Assembly (NCBI GenBank): GCA_963775425.1
Contig: CAVZJB010000011.1
Span: 992,001-1,056,000 of the forward strand
Direction: 5' to 3'
Source: an uncultured delta proteobacterium
GTDB lineage: Bacteria; Myxococcota; UBA727; VGSZ01
DNA: 64,000 bases
Positions 8,754 through 19,587 of the stretch are shown here, in pieces; position 1 is the stretch's first letter, and each line of letters starts with the position of its first letter. The notes below the pieces were generated by a model, which had not been told where the DNA came from, ran no database searches, and saw only the letters and a list, made by a program, of their open reading frames with translations. The translations under genes and the position numbers were made by a program.

Positions 8754-9773
8754 TCAGGCGGCGGCGCCGTCCGAGGTCTCGGCGGGGGCGCGGCGCAGGA
8801 GCGGGTTCGTGAGCTCCGGGATGTGCGCGGCCCAGTACTTGCGAAAGCGCTGTTGCATCTTGTCGGCGCCGACGAGGACGCGGCGGTGCGACGGGTCGAG
8901 GTCGCGCCACACGGGGAAGTAGTCGTCGGTGGAGCCCTCGAAGATCTTCTTGGCGATGAAGTGGCGCACGACGCCGTCGAAGGCGCGCGCGACCAGCGGC
9001 AGCCGCGGCGTGGCCACGATGAGGTGAAAGAGCGTTTTCTTCGCGCCCTGCGGCAACGGCGCCGCGATGAAGCGCGCGATCTTTCGCTCGTTGAATTCCA
9101 GCGTGCCGAAGATGGCCGAGGCGCCGGCGTAGTCGATGGTGGTGCCGACGCGCGCGCCGTTGTTGAGCGTCTGGCGGATGCGAAAGGCCCAGCGGTGCGG
9201 CTCGTCCGCGATCTCGTCGACGTGGCAGTCCACGAAGTCCACCTTGTGGATGGTGCGGAAGTGCTGCAGGTCCGTGGCGTTTTCCAGGATGTGCAGCGCG
9301 TGCGTCTCGAAGCGCTGGCTCTTGTGCACCACGCCCCAGCCGGCGTCGTGCATCTCCGGCATGTCGGGGAGCGCGTACGACGGCGTGTCGCCGTGGTGCA
9401 CCCAGAGCCAGCCGAGGTGCTCCACCACCGGCACCGTCGAGACCTTCGCGGTCGGCGGGATGCGCTCGCCGTCCTCGAGATAGGGGATGCCGGTGCACGC
9501 CCCGGACGTGGAGAACGTCCACGCGTGGAACGGACACACGATCTCCTCGGCGGCCACGCGCCCGCACGCGAGCGACGCGCCCATGTGCGGACAGAAGCGA
9601 TCCATCGCGCTCAGCGCGCCGCTCCGGGTGCGAAACACGACGAGCTTGCGCCCGCACACGTCGGCCTCGAGGAGCCCGCCGCGCCGCAGGCTCCGCGACG
9701 GGGCCACCGCGTACCAGGCGGCCGGGTAGACGTCGGTGGCGAGCTCGTTGAGGCGCAGGTTGCGGGGCTCCAT
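8754..9773 (-). CDS. Rieske non-heme iron oxygenase alpha subunit (KshA/VanA-like)
   Basis: CPHMGASL...CPFHAW Rieske motif; ENATDLQHFRTIH mononuclear Fe motif. Confidence 0.85.
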   Translation of the reverse strand: MEPRNLRLNELATDVYPAAWYAVAPSRSLRRGGLLEADVCGRKLVVFRTRSGALSAMDRFCPHMGASLACGRVAAEEIVCPFHAWTFSTSGACTGIPYLEDGERIPPTAKVSTVPVVEHLGWLWVHHGDTPSYALPDMPEMHDAGWGVVHKSQRFETHALHILENATDLQHFRTIHKVDFVDCHVDEIADEPHRWAFRIRQTLNNGARVGTTIDYAGASAIFGTLEFNERKIARFIAAPLPQGAKKTLFHLIVATPRLPLVARAFDGVVRHFIAKKIFEGSTDDYFPVWRDLDPSHRRVLVGADKMQQRFRKYWAAHIPELTNPLLRRAPAETSDGAAA

Positions 9774-9906
9774 GCGCTCGCGCTGTAGCGACGCGAGGCG
9801 CCGGCGGCAATCCGCGTGCCGTCGTCGAGCGCGCCTGCGTTCGATCGTGCTTCGCAGGCGGCGTCTCACGTGGCCCCGGGGGACCGCCGCGGCGTACGCT
9901 GCGCGC

Positions 9907-12141
9907 ATGGTCGAGGATCCCGACGAGCTCGGTGCCGGGAGCGCCATCGGCGGCTACGTCGTCGAAGGCGTGCTCGGCCGCGGCGGTGCCGGCGTCGTCT
10001 ACGCCTGCCGAGATCCCGGGCTCGACCGGCGCGTCGCGGTGAAGGTGCTGCGCCGCGACGTCGCCGGCGACGAGAACACCGCGCGCTTCGAGCGGGAGCG
10101 GCGCGCGCTCGCCAAGGTGCAGTCGCCCCACGTCGTCAGCATCTTCTCGGCGGGCGAGTGCTCGGCCGGGACGTTCTTCGCCATGGAGCTCCTCGACGGG
10201 CCGAGCCTCGCCGCCAGGCTCGCGTCGGGGCCTTTGCCCGTGGGCATGGCGGTGTCGGTGGCGCTCGACGTCGCGCGGGGGCTGCGCGACGCCGCGGCCG
10301 CCGGCATCGTCCACCGCGACGTGAAGCCCGCCAACATCGTGCTCACCTCGGCCGGCGCCGTGCTCACCGACTTCGGCCTCGCGCGGCCCGTCGTGGGCGA
10401 CGCGCAGATCACGAGCACCGGCATCATCATGGGGACGCCGCACTACCTCGCGCCCGAGGTCATCCGCGGCGACGCGCCCACGGTGAGCACAGACGCGTAC
10501 GCCCTCGGCGCTGTGATCTACGAGATGCTCACCGGGCGCCCGCCGTTCCACGGCCCGAGCGCCGTGGAGATCCTGTCGGCCCACGTCGACGCCGAGGTCC
10601 CGCCGCTCCTCGACAAGCGCCCGGATTGTCCGATGGCGCTCGCCCAGCTCGTGCACCGCATGCTCGGCAAGAACCCCGTCACCCGGCTGGGCGACGCCGA
10701 CGAGATCATCACGCAGCTCGTGATGCTCCACGCCTCCCTCGACGCGCCCGTCGACGACAGCCTCGACGAGACCCTCGACGCCAGCATCAACGACGACGGG
10801 CTCGCGCTCGTCAGCGGCGCCGTGCTCGTCGCCGACGTCGAGGCCGCCACCGCCACGCCCGCCGCGTCCGCTACGCCCGCCGCGTCCGCTACGCCCACTT
10901 CGCCCACTTCGCCCGCTACGTCTGCTACGTCCGCTACGTCCGCTGCGTCCGTTGCGTCCGTTGGCTCCGGACCCGCGGCGGGAGCGCCGCCCGCGGTGCA
11001 GACCGGCGCGCTCCTCATGGACAGTATGCCCGCGCCCGCGATCTCGCGGACGGCGCCGTTCGTGAGCGACCCGCCCGCCGCCGACCCGCCCGAGCCCGGC
11101 CCGCCGTCGCTCGACTCGTGGGTGAACGCCGCGCCCGGGTTGGCGTCGGCGAGCCCGCCGCCGGAGCTGTCGTCGCCGGCGGTGCCCGCGCCGCCGCGCG
11201 AGGCGTCGTCGCCGGCCGCGGAGGCGCGCACGCCCGACACGTCCCCGGGCGCCGTGCCGGAGAGCGCTTCGCTCGACGCCACCGTGCCGCTCGTCGACGG
11301 CGTCGGGCCCCGCGGCGACACGCTTGCGTCGAGGGCCGCGGTCCTGTGGTCGTCGGCGTCGGCGCGGGCGGAGCCGGCGCTGGCGTTCGTGTCGTCGCTC
11401 CTGTGGCGCGTCGCGTCCGCCGTGCGCCCGCTCCTGCAGCGGGTGGAGCCGGCGTCGCGGGCGGCGTTCGCGCGCTTTCGGGCTTCACCGCCGGCGCTGA
11501 AGGCAGGCATGGCCGCGGCCGTCGTGGTGGTGGCCGTCGTCGTCGTGCTTGTCGCGTCCAGCGGCCCCACGCCGCTCGAGCGCATCGGCAAGGGCGATGC
11601 CGCCGCCGTGCTCGCCGACAACGAAGCGCTCACCGACCGCACGCCCGAGGACGACGTGGTGCGCGGCCACGCACTGTTCGCCCTCGGCCGCTTTGACGAC
11701 GCGTTCGCGTCGTGGGGGAAGGCGGCCGAGCACGGCGCCCCCGACGCCTACGCCCGCTCCGCGGCGTTGGCGCAGCTCGACAACGAGGACGCGGCCGCGC
11801 CGGTGCGCATGTTGCGCGACTGGCCGGAGGCCTCGCTCGACGACGACCTGCGCGCCATGGCCAACGGGCCGCTCGGCTGGCGCGTGCATTGGGCGCTCAC
11901 GCTCCTCGAGGATCGCAAGGCCCTCGGCGACGTCGACGCCGAAGCGATCGCCATCAAGGAGCTCGGCGAAGGCGCCACCTGTGAGCGTCGCCGCGTCGGG
12001 CTCGACCGCCTCGGCCGCCTCGGCAAGACCGACGCGGCCCTCGCGGCCATCGAGCACGCGCGGCGCTCCCGCGGCAACGCGTGCATGCGCAGGGACTTCA
12101 GGGCGGCCGCCGCCGAGGTGCGCAGGCGCCACGCCGGCTGA
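9907..12141 (+). CDS. Hanks-type Ser/Thr protein kinase with TM segment and helical C-terminal domain
   Basis: LGRGGAG, VAVK, HRDVKPAN, DFG, GTPHYLAPE; long Pro/Ala/Ser linker; poly-Val TM helix. Confidence 0.93.
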   Translation: MVEDPDELGAGSAIGGYVVEGVLGRGGAGVVYACRDPGLDRRVAVKVLRRDVAGDENTARFERERRALAKVQSPHVVSIFSAGECSAGTFFAMELLDGPSLAARLASGPLPVGMAVSVALDVARGLRDAAAAGIVHRDVKPANIVLTSAGAVLTDFGLARPVVGDAQITSTGIIMGTPHYLAPEVIRGDAPTVSTDAYALGAVIYEMLTGRPPFHGPSAVEILSAHVDAEVPPLLDKRPDCPMALAQLVHRMLGKNPVTRLGDADEIITQLVMLHASLDAPVDDSLDETLDASINDDGLALVSGAVLVADVEAATATPAASATPAASATPTSPTSPATSATSATSAASVASVGSGPAAGAPPAVQTGALLMDSMPAPAISRTAPFVSDPPAADPPEPGPPSLDSWVNAAPGLASASPPPELSSPAVPAPPREASSPAAEARTPDTSPGAVPESASLDATVPLVDGVGPRGDTLASRAAVLWSSASARAEPALAFVSSLLWRVASAVRPLLQRVEPASRAAFARFRASPPALKAGMAAAVVVVAVVVVLVASSGPTPLERIGKGDAAAVLADNEALTDRTPEDDVVRGHALFALGRFDDAFASWGKAAEHGAPDAYARSAALAQLDNEDAAAPVRMLRDWPEASLDDDLRAMANGPLGWRVHWALTLLEDRKALGDVDAEAIAIKELGEGATCERRRVGLDRLGRLGKTDAALAAIEHARRSRGNACMRRDFRAAAAEVRRRHAG
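10853..10965 (+). repeat. Coding 9-bp/18-bp tandem repeats in the kinase linker (PAASAT, PTS, SAT, ASV)
   Basis: ccgctacgc / cccacttcg / ccgctacgt / ccgttgcgt units. Confidence 0.7.
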
Positions 12142-12145
12142 CGCG

Positions 12146-13072
12146 TCACCGCGCGGCGGCGTCGTCGCGAGCGCAGGGGCGCGCGCCCGCGGTCATCGCC
12201 TTACGCACCCGGGCGAGCGGCGCGGCGTCGTCGAAGCGGACGTCGTCGCCGTCGGCCACCACGCCGAGGCGGCGAAAGAGCGCGTCGGTGTCGACGTCGC
12301 CGGGGGCGTCGGCGAGGCGAGAGTAGAGCGCGCGCAGGGCGTAGCCGCCGGTGGCGTCGTCGGCGACGGCGACCACCCTGGACGCGGCCCACGAGGCGCG
12401 CCCGTTGCCGCCGGCGTCGAGGAGGCCGCGCACGGCGTCGCGTACGCTCTCGCGATTGTCCGAAGCCGCGCGGATGTCGACGTCGACGAGCAGCCAATAC
12501 AGCGCGCCGCCCCAATACGTGCGCGCCCAGCCCGGCGAGCGATCGAGGCCGTGGTCGAGCGCCCCCGGCCGGCCCTTCGGCATCATCGCCAGCCACGTCG
12601 ACCACACCTGCTTGGCGTCGATGCGACAGGCCTGCGCGCGCGCGACGGGCTCGAGGTACGTCGACAAGCCCTCCTGCATCCAGCGGTGGCGCAGCGCGAG
12701 GTCGGGCATGGCCGCGTGGAACATCTCGTGGACCATCACCCAGTCGTCGTCGAGGACGGCCGGCGGCGTGTCGCGCCCGACGAAGACCTTGAGGAAGCGG
12801 CCGTCCTGGTGCTGGCCGAAGTACACGCGGCCCCCGGGCTCGAGGACCACCGTGATGCGCAGGTCGGGCACGGGGAACTCGCCGAGATAGCCGGCGACCA
12901 CGGCCTCGGAGCGCAACACCCAGCGCTCGATCTCCACGGTGTCGAGCGCGCCGGGCTCGCCGACGACGTCGACGACGAAGTCCGCGTCGTGGGTGTGGAC
13001 CTTGTCCGAGCTCACCGGCGCCGTCGCGCACGCCGCCGCCGCCACCGCCGCGAGCGCTGCCAACGGGCGCAC
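12146..13072 (-). CDS. Lipoprotein zinc peptidase, M61/gluzincin-like
   Basis: AAAC lipobox; HEMFH ... WMQEGLSTY ... RTYWGGA. Confidence 0.75.
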   Translation of the reverse strand: MRPLAALAAVAAAACATAPVSSDKVHTHDADFVVDVVGEPGALDTVEIERWVLRSEAVVAGYLGEFPVPDLRITVVLEPGGRVYFGQHQDGRFLKVFVGRDTPPAVLDDDWVMVHEMFHAAMPDLALRHRWMQEGLSTYLEPVARAQACRIDAKQVWSTWLAMMPKGRPGALDHGLDRSPGWARTYWGGALYWLLVDVDIRAASDNRESVRDAVRGLLDAGGNGRASWAASRVVAVADDATGGYALRALYSRLADAPGDVDTDALFRRLGVVADGDDVRFDDAAPLARVRKAMTAGARPCARDDAAAR

Positions 13073-13074
13073 GC

Positions 13075-13599
13075 TCAGCCCGGATCGACGAGGGTGACGG
13101 CGAGCGTTGCCACGTCGACGTGGACGTCGACGGCGCGCGGGGCGCCGCCGCAGGAGACACCGGTGTGCACGATGACCTCGGTGGCGCCGTCATCGACCAG
13201 CAGGGGGATTGTCACGGTGGTGGAGCTGGCGAGGTCGGCGCCGTCGAAGCCGAGCTCGCCGTCGACCGTGGCGCCCTCGGCCACCGCCTCGGTCGAGAGG
13301 GTGACGCCGCTGAGCTGGCCGCGCAGCGTGAGGACGAGGTTCAGGTCGGCGCCCAGGACCGTCGCGTTCGCGGACAGGAGCTGGTCGAGGTCGGCGCCGG
13401 GAGAGCACACGGCGGGCTCGGGGAGGAGGTCGACGACGCAGTAGCCGAGGCACGCGGACAGAGATCCTGCAGCGCCCGCGAGCGCCGCCCGCTTCGCCAG
13501 CGTCTCCAGCCGCTGCTGCGCGCGCGCGCGCACGGTCGCCGGCGGCGCGGCCGCGGGAGGCGCGGGGAGCACCTCGGGCATCAGCGTCTTCTTCGTCAC
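13075..13599 (-). CDS. Putative lipoprotein B of the B12-radical SAM operon
   Basis: GTGA overlap with the upstream stop; RARAQQRL leader, LSAC lipobox, GYCVVDLLPEPAVCSP, GATEVIVHTGVSC; paralog of 13596..14168. Confidence 0.7.
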   Translation of the reverse strand: MTKKTLMPEVLPAPPAAAPPATVRARAQQRLETLAKRAALAGAAGSLSACLGYCVVDLLPEPAVCSPGADLDQLLSANATVLGADLNLVLTLRGQLSGVTLSTEAVAEGATVDGELGFDGADLASSTTVTIPLLVDDGATEVIVHTGVSCGGAPRAVDVHVDVATLAVTLVDPG

Positions 13600-14168
13600 G
13601 GGGTGACGTCCTCGGGGGCGGGGCTCAAGAACCCGTTTTGGTCGAGGCCGTCGAGGTTGAACGAGATGCGGACGGCGCGCGCGTCGTCGTCGCAGCTCAC
13701 GCCGGTGTCGATGGTGACGTCGGTGGCGCCTTCGTCGGGGTTGATGTTGAGGGTGACGTTGCGCGAGAGCGCGAGGCTCGCGGCGTCGAACTGGGGATCG
13801 CCGGCGAGGGCGCCGCCGGTGACGGTGAAGACGTCGGCGAGCTCGAGGCCCGTCCGGCCCGCGTTCAGCGAGAACGTGACCACGATGGGCGAGCCCGCCT
13901 GCACCGACGTGAAGAACCAGACGCTGACGTCCTCGGTGTCGGGCGAGCACACGGTGGCCGGGAAGCCCGGCGGCGGGCTCGGCACGGGATCGCAGCCTGC
14001 GCACACCGGCGAGACCGCGGCAGACACCAGGAACGCGGCGCCGCCCTTGAGCGCGGTGAGGCGCCTGCGGGCGCGCTCGCGCGGGTCGACCAGGGGTGCG
14101 CGGGCCGCGGCCGGCGCGGGCTCTCCCCCGGGCGGGCGCGCGCGCTTGTCGTCGTCGCGCCCGCTCAT
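13596..14168 (-). CDS. Putative lipoprotein A of the B12-radical SAM operon
   Basis: ATGA overlap with the rSAM stop; RERARRRL leader, CAGC lipobox-like, CDPVPSPP..TVCSP, GATDVTIDTGVSC. Confidence 0.7.
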   Translation of the reverse strand: MSGRDDDKRARPPGGEPAPAAARAPLVDPRERARRRLTALKGGAAFLVSAAVSPVCAGCDPVPSPPPGFPATVCSPDTEDVSVWFFTSVQAGSPIVVTFSLNAGRTGLELADVFTVTGGALAGDPQFDAASLALSRNVTLNINPDEGATDVTIDTGVSCDDDARAVRISFNLDGLDQNGFLSPAPEDVTP

Positions 14169-15808
14169 ACCGTCTCCAGTCGTGCGCGCTGCAGCGGTGT
14201 GGCGACGACGTCGCCGAGCTCGGTCAGCGGGCGGCCACGGCCGATGCGCGCCTGCAGCGTGGAGGCGAGCGCGCGGCACTGCGCCCACAGCGACGCCTCG
14301 GTGGCGCGAAGGCCCGTGGAGAGCTCCCTGACGAACGCGTCGTCGCGCGACCTGGACGGCGCGCCGGCCTTCACGTGATCGATGACGGCGCGCAGCCCGC
14401 GCACGGTGTCCGAGGCGAGCGCGGCGCAGAGGGCCTTGCCCTCGGCGAGCCACGCGGGATCGAAGATGTCGTCGTGGAAGCGGCGCGCGACCTCGACGTC
14501 GAAGCGCATGCCCATGATGTGGTTGGCGAGCGCGCCGGCGGCGAAGTTGCGCGCGTGGAACGCGGCGAGGGCCAGGCGGAAGACGCGGTCGATGGTCTCG
14601 TCGCGCAGGTCATAGTCGTGCTGCAACCAGTCGCCGCGCGCGCGCCCCTCCATCTGCATGCGGTGTAGCAGCGGCGTGCCCGCGTAGAGCTCGACGCGCC
14701 CGAAGTTGAACGGCAGCTCCCGCGCCCACTCCATGAACGCCAGGTTGTCTTCGAGGGACTCGAGCGTGGTGTCCGGGTCGAAGATGAGCATGTTGAAGCA
14801 GGTATAGAGGTCGAGGGCGCGCACGACGTCGATGGCGTGGTGGTTCTGCTTGGGCTTCACCCAGCGACGAAGCGTGACGAGGCCCTGCTCGGAGTCGGTC
14901 TCGACGCCGACGTAGCAGCGGATGCAGCCGAGCCGGTCGCGCAAGACGCGGAACAGGTCCTCGTGCACGTCGGTGGGCCGCGCCTTCACCACGGTGGCGA
15001 AGCGTCCCACCCCGCGACGCTCGAGGGCGTCCGCCAGCGCGTGGAAGCGCTCGAGGTTCGCCTGCTTCGAAGGCAGGAAGAAGTTGTCGTCGTGAAAGAC
15101 GAAGATCTCGATGCCGCGCTCGCGCTGCATCTCCACCATCTCGGCTGCGACGTCGTCCGGCTCGCGCACGCGGTAGCGCTTGCCGGGCAGCGTTTGCTCG
15201 TGCCAGGCGGCGATGCAGCAGAAGGTGCAGTTGGCGTAGCAGCCGCGGCTGCCGACGATGGGCGCGATGCCGTGGCCGAAGCAGCGCGCGGGCTCGCCGC
15301 TGCGGTCCGGCCGCGGGAGCGTGGCGAGGTCGGGGAGGCGCGCGTGCTCGCCGAGGCTCACGCGCGTCCCGCCGTCGACGCGGGAGGCGACGCCGGCGAC
15401 GCCGTCGACGGGGCGATCGTGGGCGACGGCGTCGACGAGCGCGACCAGGGTCTCCTCCGCCTCCTGGCGGCACACCGAGTCCAGCTCGGCGAAATTCTCG
15501 AGGAGCTCCTGCGCGGCGAAGGTGGCGAAGTGGCCGCCGGCGGTGATGTGGCCGCGGTAGCCGCCGCTCCTGAGCGCCATGGCGACGGCGAGCATGTCGA
15601 GCGCGCGCCACTGAAACGCCAGCGACAGCCCGACGACGGCCGGCGGCTCCGGCGCTTCGAGGATCGCCGCCAACACGGCGGCGAAGTGCGTCTCGTGATG
15701 AAACGGCAGGATCTCGGTGCGCACCCCCGCCGCCCGCAGCGACGACGCGAGGTAGCGCAGCGAGAGGTTCTCTTCTATCTCGGGACCGACCAGGGCGACC
15801 CACGGCAT
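14165..15808 (-). CDS. Cobalamin (B12)-binding radical SAM enzyme (class B methyltransferase-like)
   Basis: N-terminal LSLRYLASSL..GGHFAT..QEAEET B12-binding domain; SRGCYANCTFC (CxxxCxxC); FHDDNF; GVET; YAGTPL. Confidence 0.9.
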   Translation of the reverse strand: MPWVALVGPEIEENLSLRYLASSLRAAGVRTEILPFHHETHFAAVLAAILEAPEPPAVVGLSLAFQWRALDMLAVAMALRSGGYRGHITAGGHFATFAAQELLENFAELDSVCRQEAEETLVALVDAVAHDRPVDGVAGVASRVDGGTRVSLGEHARLPDLATLPRPDRSGEPARCFGHGIAPIVGSRGCYANCTFCCIAAWHEQTLPGKRYRVREPDDVAAEMVEMQRERGIEIFVFHDDNFFLPSKQANLERFHALADALERRGVGRFATVVKARPTDVHEDLFRVLRDRLGCIRCYVGVETDSEQGLVTLRRWVKPKQNHHAIDVVRALDLYTCFNMLIFDPDTTLESLEDNLAFMEWARELPFNFGRVELYAGTPLLHRMQMEGRARGDWLQHDYDLRDETIDRVFRLALAAFHARNFAAGALANHIMGMRFDVEVARRFHDDIFDPAWLAEGKALCAALASDTVRGLRAVIDHVKAGAPSRSRDDAFVRELSTGLRATEASLWAQCRALASTLQARIGRGRPLTELGDVVATPLQRARLETV

Positions 15809-15962
15809 GGCGGCGATGGTACCAGGGATCCGGCGCCGCGCCCGCGCCGCGCCGCTCGCGTCGGTGTCCGCGCGCCGGCCTTTTCGGCCGCACGGCCGGC
15901 GCGCCTGGGCCGAACGCCGGCCGACCGTTGAACCCCGGGAGACATCGCGCCAACGTCGCCGC

Positions 15963-17350
<1,388 letters not shown>

Positions 17351-17354
<4 letters not shown>

Positions 17355-18130
17355 GCGCTCGACGCGGCATCCTCGACTGGGGCATCGGCGGCGTCGGCGT
17401 GCTGCGCGCGCTGCGGGAGCGCGGCGTCGACGACGACGTCGTGTACCTCTCCGACGCCGGCGTCGTCCCCTACGGCAAGCAGGGGCGCGCCGCGCTGCGC
17501 ACACGCCTCGCGCAGGTGGCGGCGCTGTTCGCGCGCGAAGGCGCCGCCGACGTCGTCGTCGCCTGCAACGCCGCGAGCTGCGCGCTCGACGGCGACGACG
17601 AGATGTTCGAGACCCCGAGCGGGAGCGTCGTCCTTCACGGCATCGTCCCCGCGGCCGTCGCGGCGGCGGCGGCGTCTCCTGCGCGGCGGATCGGCGTCCT
17701 CGGCGGCGGCCGGACCATCGCTTCGGGCGTGTACCAGGAGCGCTTGCCCGCGGCGGGGGCGCGCGCGTTGCGCTTCGCCGTCGCGCAGCCGCTGTCGGCC
17801 TTCGTGGAGGCGGGCCGCCTCGACGGCGACGACGTCGTCGCGGCCGTCCGCGCTGCCCTCGACGCCCTCGGCGACGTCGACGCGGTGCTCCTCGCGTGCA
17901 CGCACTACCCGGCGCTCGCGCCCGTCTTCGCGCGGCTCGGCGCAGCCCCGCTGCTCGATCCCGCGGCGCACGTCGCCGTCCCGCCCCGCGCCGCGCGCGC
18001 GCGAGGCGCCCCCGGCGCGTCGCTTCGCTTCCTGACCACGGGCGATCCCGCCGCGGCGCGGGTGTCGGCGTCGCGCGCGTTCGGCGTCGACGTCGGCGAC
18101 GCACGGCGCGTCGGGCTCGATTTCGCCTGA
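17351..18130 (+). CDS. murI: Glutamate racemase (Asp/Glu racemase family)
   Basis: DWGIGG, PYG, ACNAAS and LACTHYP with both catalytic Cys; GTGA overlap with the upstream gene. Confidence 0.8.
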
Positions 18131-18175
18131 GCCGCGGTCGTCGTGGAGCGCGGGCCCGTTCGGCGCGCGGCGGGC

Positions 18176-19561
18176 TCAGGGGTAGTCGGAGACGAACGCC
18201 GGGCGGTGCGCGGACGGGTTCTTCGGGTCCGGGGCGACGCCGAGCGCCCGCCAGTCTTCCTCGACGAAGAGGGCATACTCGTCGCCGAGCTTCACGAGCG
18301 CGAAGTCGTCGAGGGCCGCGTGCTCCTCGGGCAGGTGCGCGACGCGAAAGACGCGCTGTCCTTCGCGCGCGTCGACGAACTGTCGTGCGCGAAGCCCGGT
18401 GCGCTCGGCGAGATAGAGCTCGAGCCCGTGGTGCGCGACGAGGAGGTCGGCGGGTGAGACGAAGCGCTCGATGTCGTGTACGTCGTCGTCGAAGCGGGAC
18501 CAGCGGGGGAACGACCGCGCGAGCCCGTCGTCGAGCACCACCGGCGCGGAGAAGAGCACGAGCGCGGCCGCCGCCGCCGCGAAAGCGCACGGGCCGCGCG
18601 TCGCCACGGCGGCCACGAAAGGCACCCAGATGAGCGGCGCCGCGAGCACGATGCGCCAGGTGAAGCCCGCGGGGCCCGCCAGGAGCCACGGGCACAGCGC
18701 CACCGCCGCGAGCACGACGCCCGCGTCGTAGACCGCGCGCGCCCCGGCGTCCCCCGCGCGGGAACGCCCGCCGGCGTAGGCGGCGACGCCGACGAGCGAC
18801 ACGATGAAGGCGGCGACGAGCGCGAAGCTCTCGCCGGCGACGTGGGCATAGAAGGCGAGGAAGCGCGCCGGCGTCGTCGTGAAGCGCGACCACGCAAGGA
18901 AAAACGGCCCGGCGCGGTCGAAGACCAGGAAGAACAGCCCGAGCATCAGCGCGTTTGCGCCGGCGACGGCGGCCGCGCGTCGCACCGTGAGGCGCCGCAG
19001 GAGCCACGCGAGCGCGAACGCACAGACGAACACGACGGCGAGCTTGTGTGTGACGAGCGCGAGCGCCGCGAGCGCCACGGCGAACGCGAGGCGCGCGCGC
19101 CGGCCGCGCGCGCCGACGACGAGCAGCGCGGCGCCGAGCAGCAGCGCGATGCTCGCGGCCGTCTTTTCGTACTCGAACACAAGCTCGCGCAGCGGCGCCG
19201 ACGACGCGAGCGCCGCCGTCGAGGCGCCGGCCACCGCCCACGCGTGACGCGGCCGCGCCTCATGGACGGCGACGAGCCGGGCGCCGAGCGCCCCGCCGAG
19301 CACCACCAGCAGGGCCCACGTCACCGCCACCGAGGCGCGCAGCGCGTCGAGCGCCGGGACGCCGAGCGCGGTCAGGAGCGCCGGCGGCAGGAACACCGGC
19401 GACCAGTCCTTGAAGTAGAAGCCCGCGCCCGACGCGAGCGACTCGATCTGACGGAGATAGAAGTAACCGTCGACGCCCGGCGGGTCCGGGAAGCGGAGGA
19501 TCGCCGTGAACAGGGCCGCGGCGAGCAGGAGCACCGCCGCTGCAGCGAGCGCCGGCGCCAT
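18176..19561 (-). CDS. Polytopic membrane protein, possibly a GT-C-fold glycosyltransferase
   Basis: Many TM helices; PPGVDGYFY in the first external loop; C-terminal soluble domain. Confidence 0.55.
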   Translation of the reverse strand: MAPALAAAAVLLLAAALFTAILRFPDPPGVDGYFYLRQIESLASGAGFYFKDWSPVFLPPALLTALGVPALDALRASVAVTWALLVVLGGALGARLVAVHEARPRHAWAVAGASTAALASSAPLRELVFEYEKTAASIALLLGAALLVVGARGRRARLAFAVALAALALVTHKLAVVFVCAFALAWLLRRLTVRRAAAVAGANALMLGLFFLVFDRAGPFFLAWSRFTTTPARFLAFYAHVAGESFALVAAFIVSLVGVAAYAGGRSRAGDAGARAVYDAGVVLAAVALCPWLLAGPAGFTWRIVLAAPLIWVPFVAAVATRGPCAFAAAAAALVLFSAPVVLDDGLARSFPRWSRFDDDVHDIERFVSPADLLVAHHGLELYLAERTGLRARQFVDAREGQRVFRVAHLPEEHAALDDFALVKLGDEYALFVEEDWRALGVAPDPKNPSAHRPAFVSDYP

Positions 19562-19587
19562 CGGGACGCGGGCGTGCTCGTCCTGCG

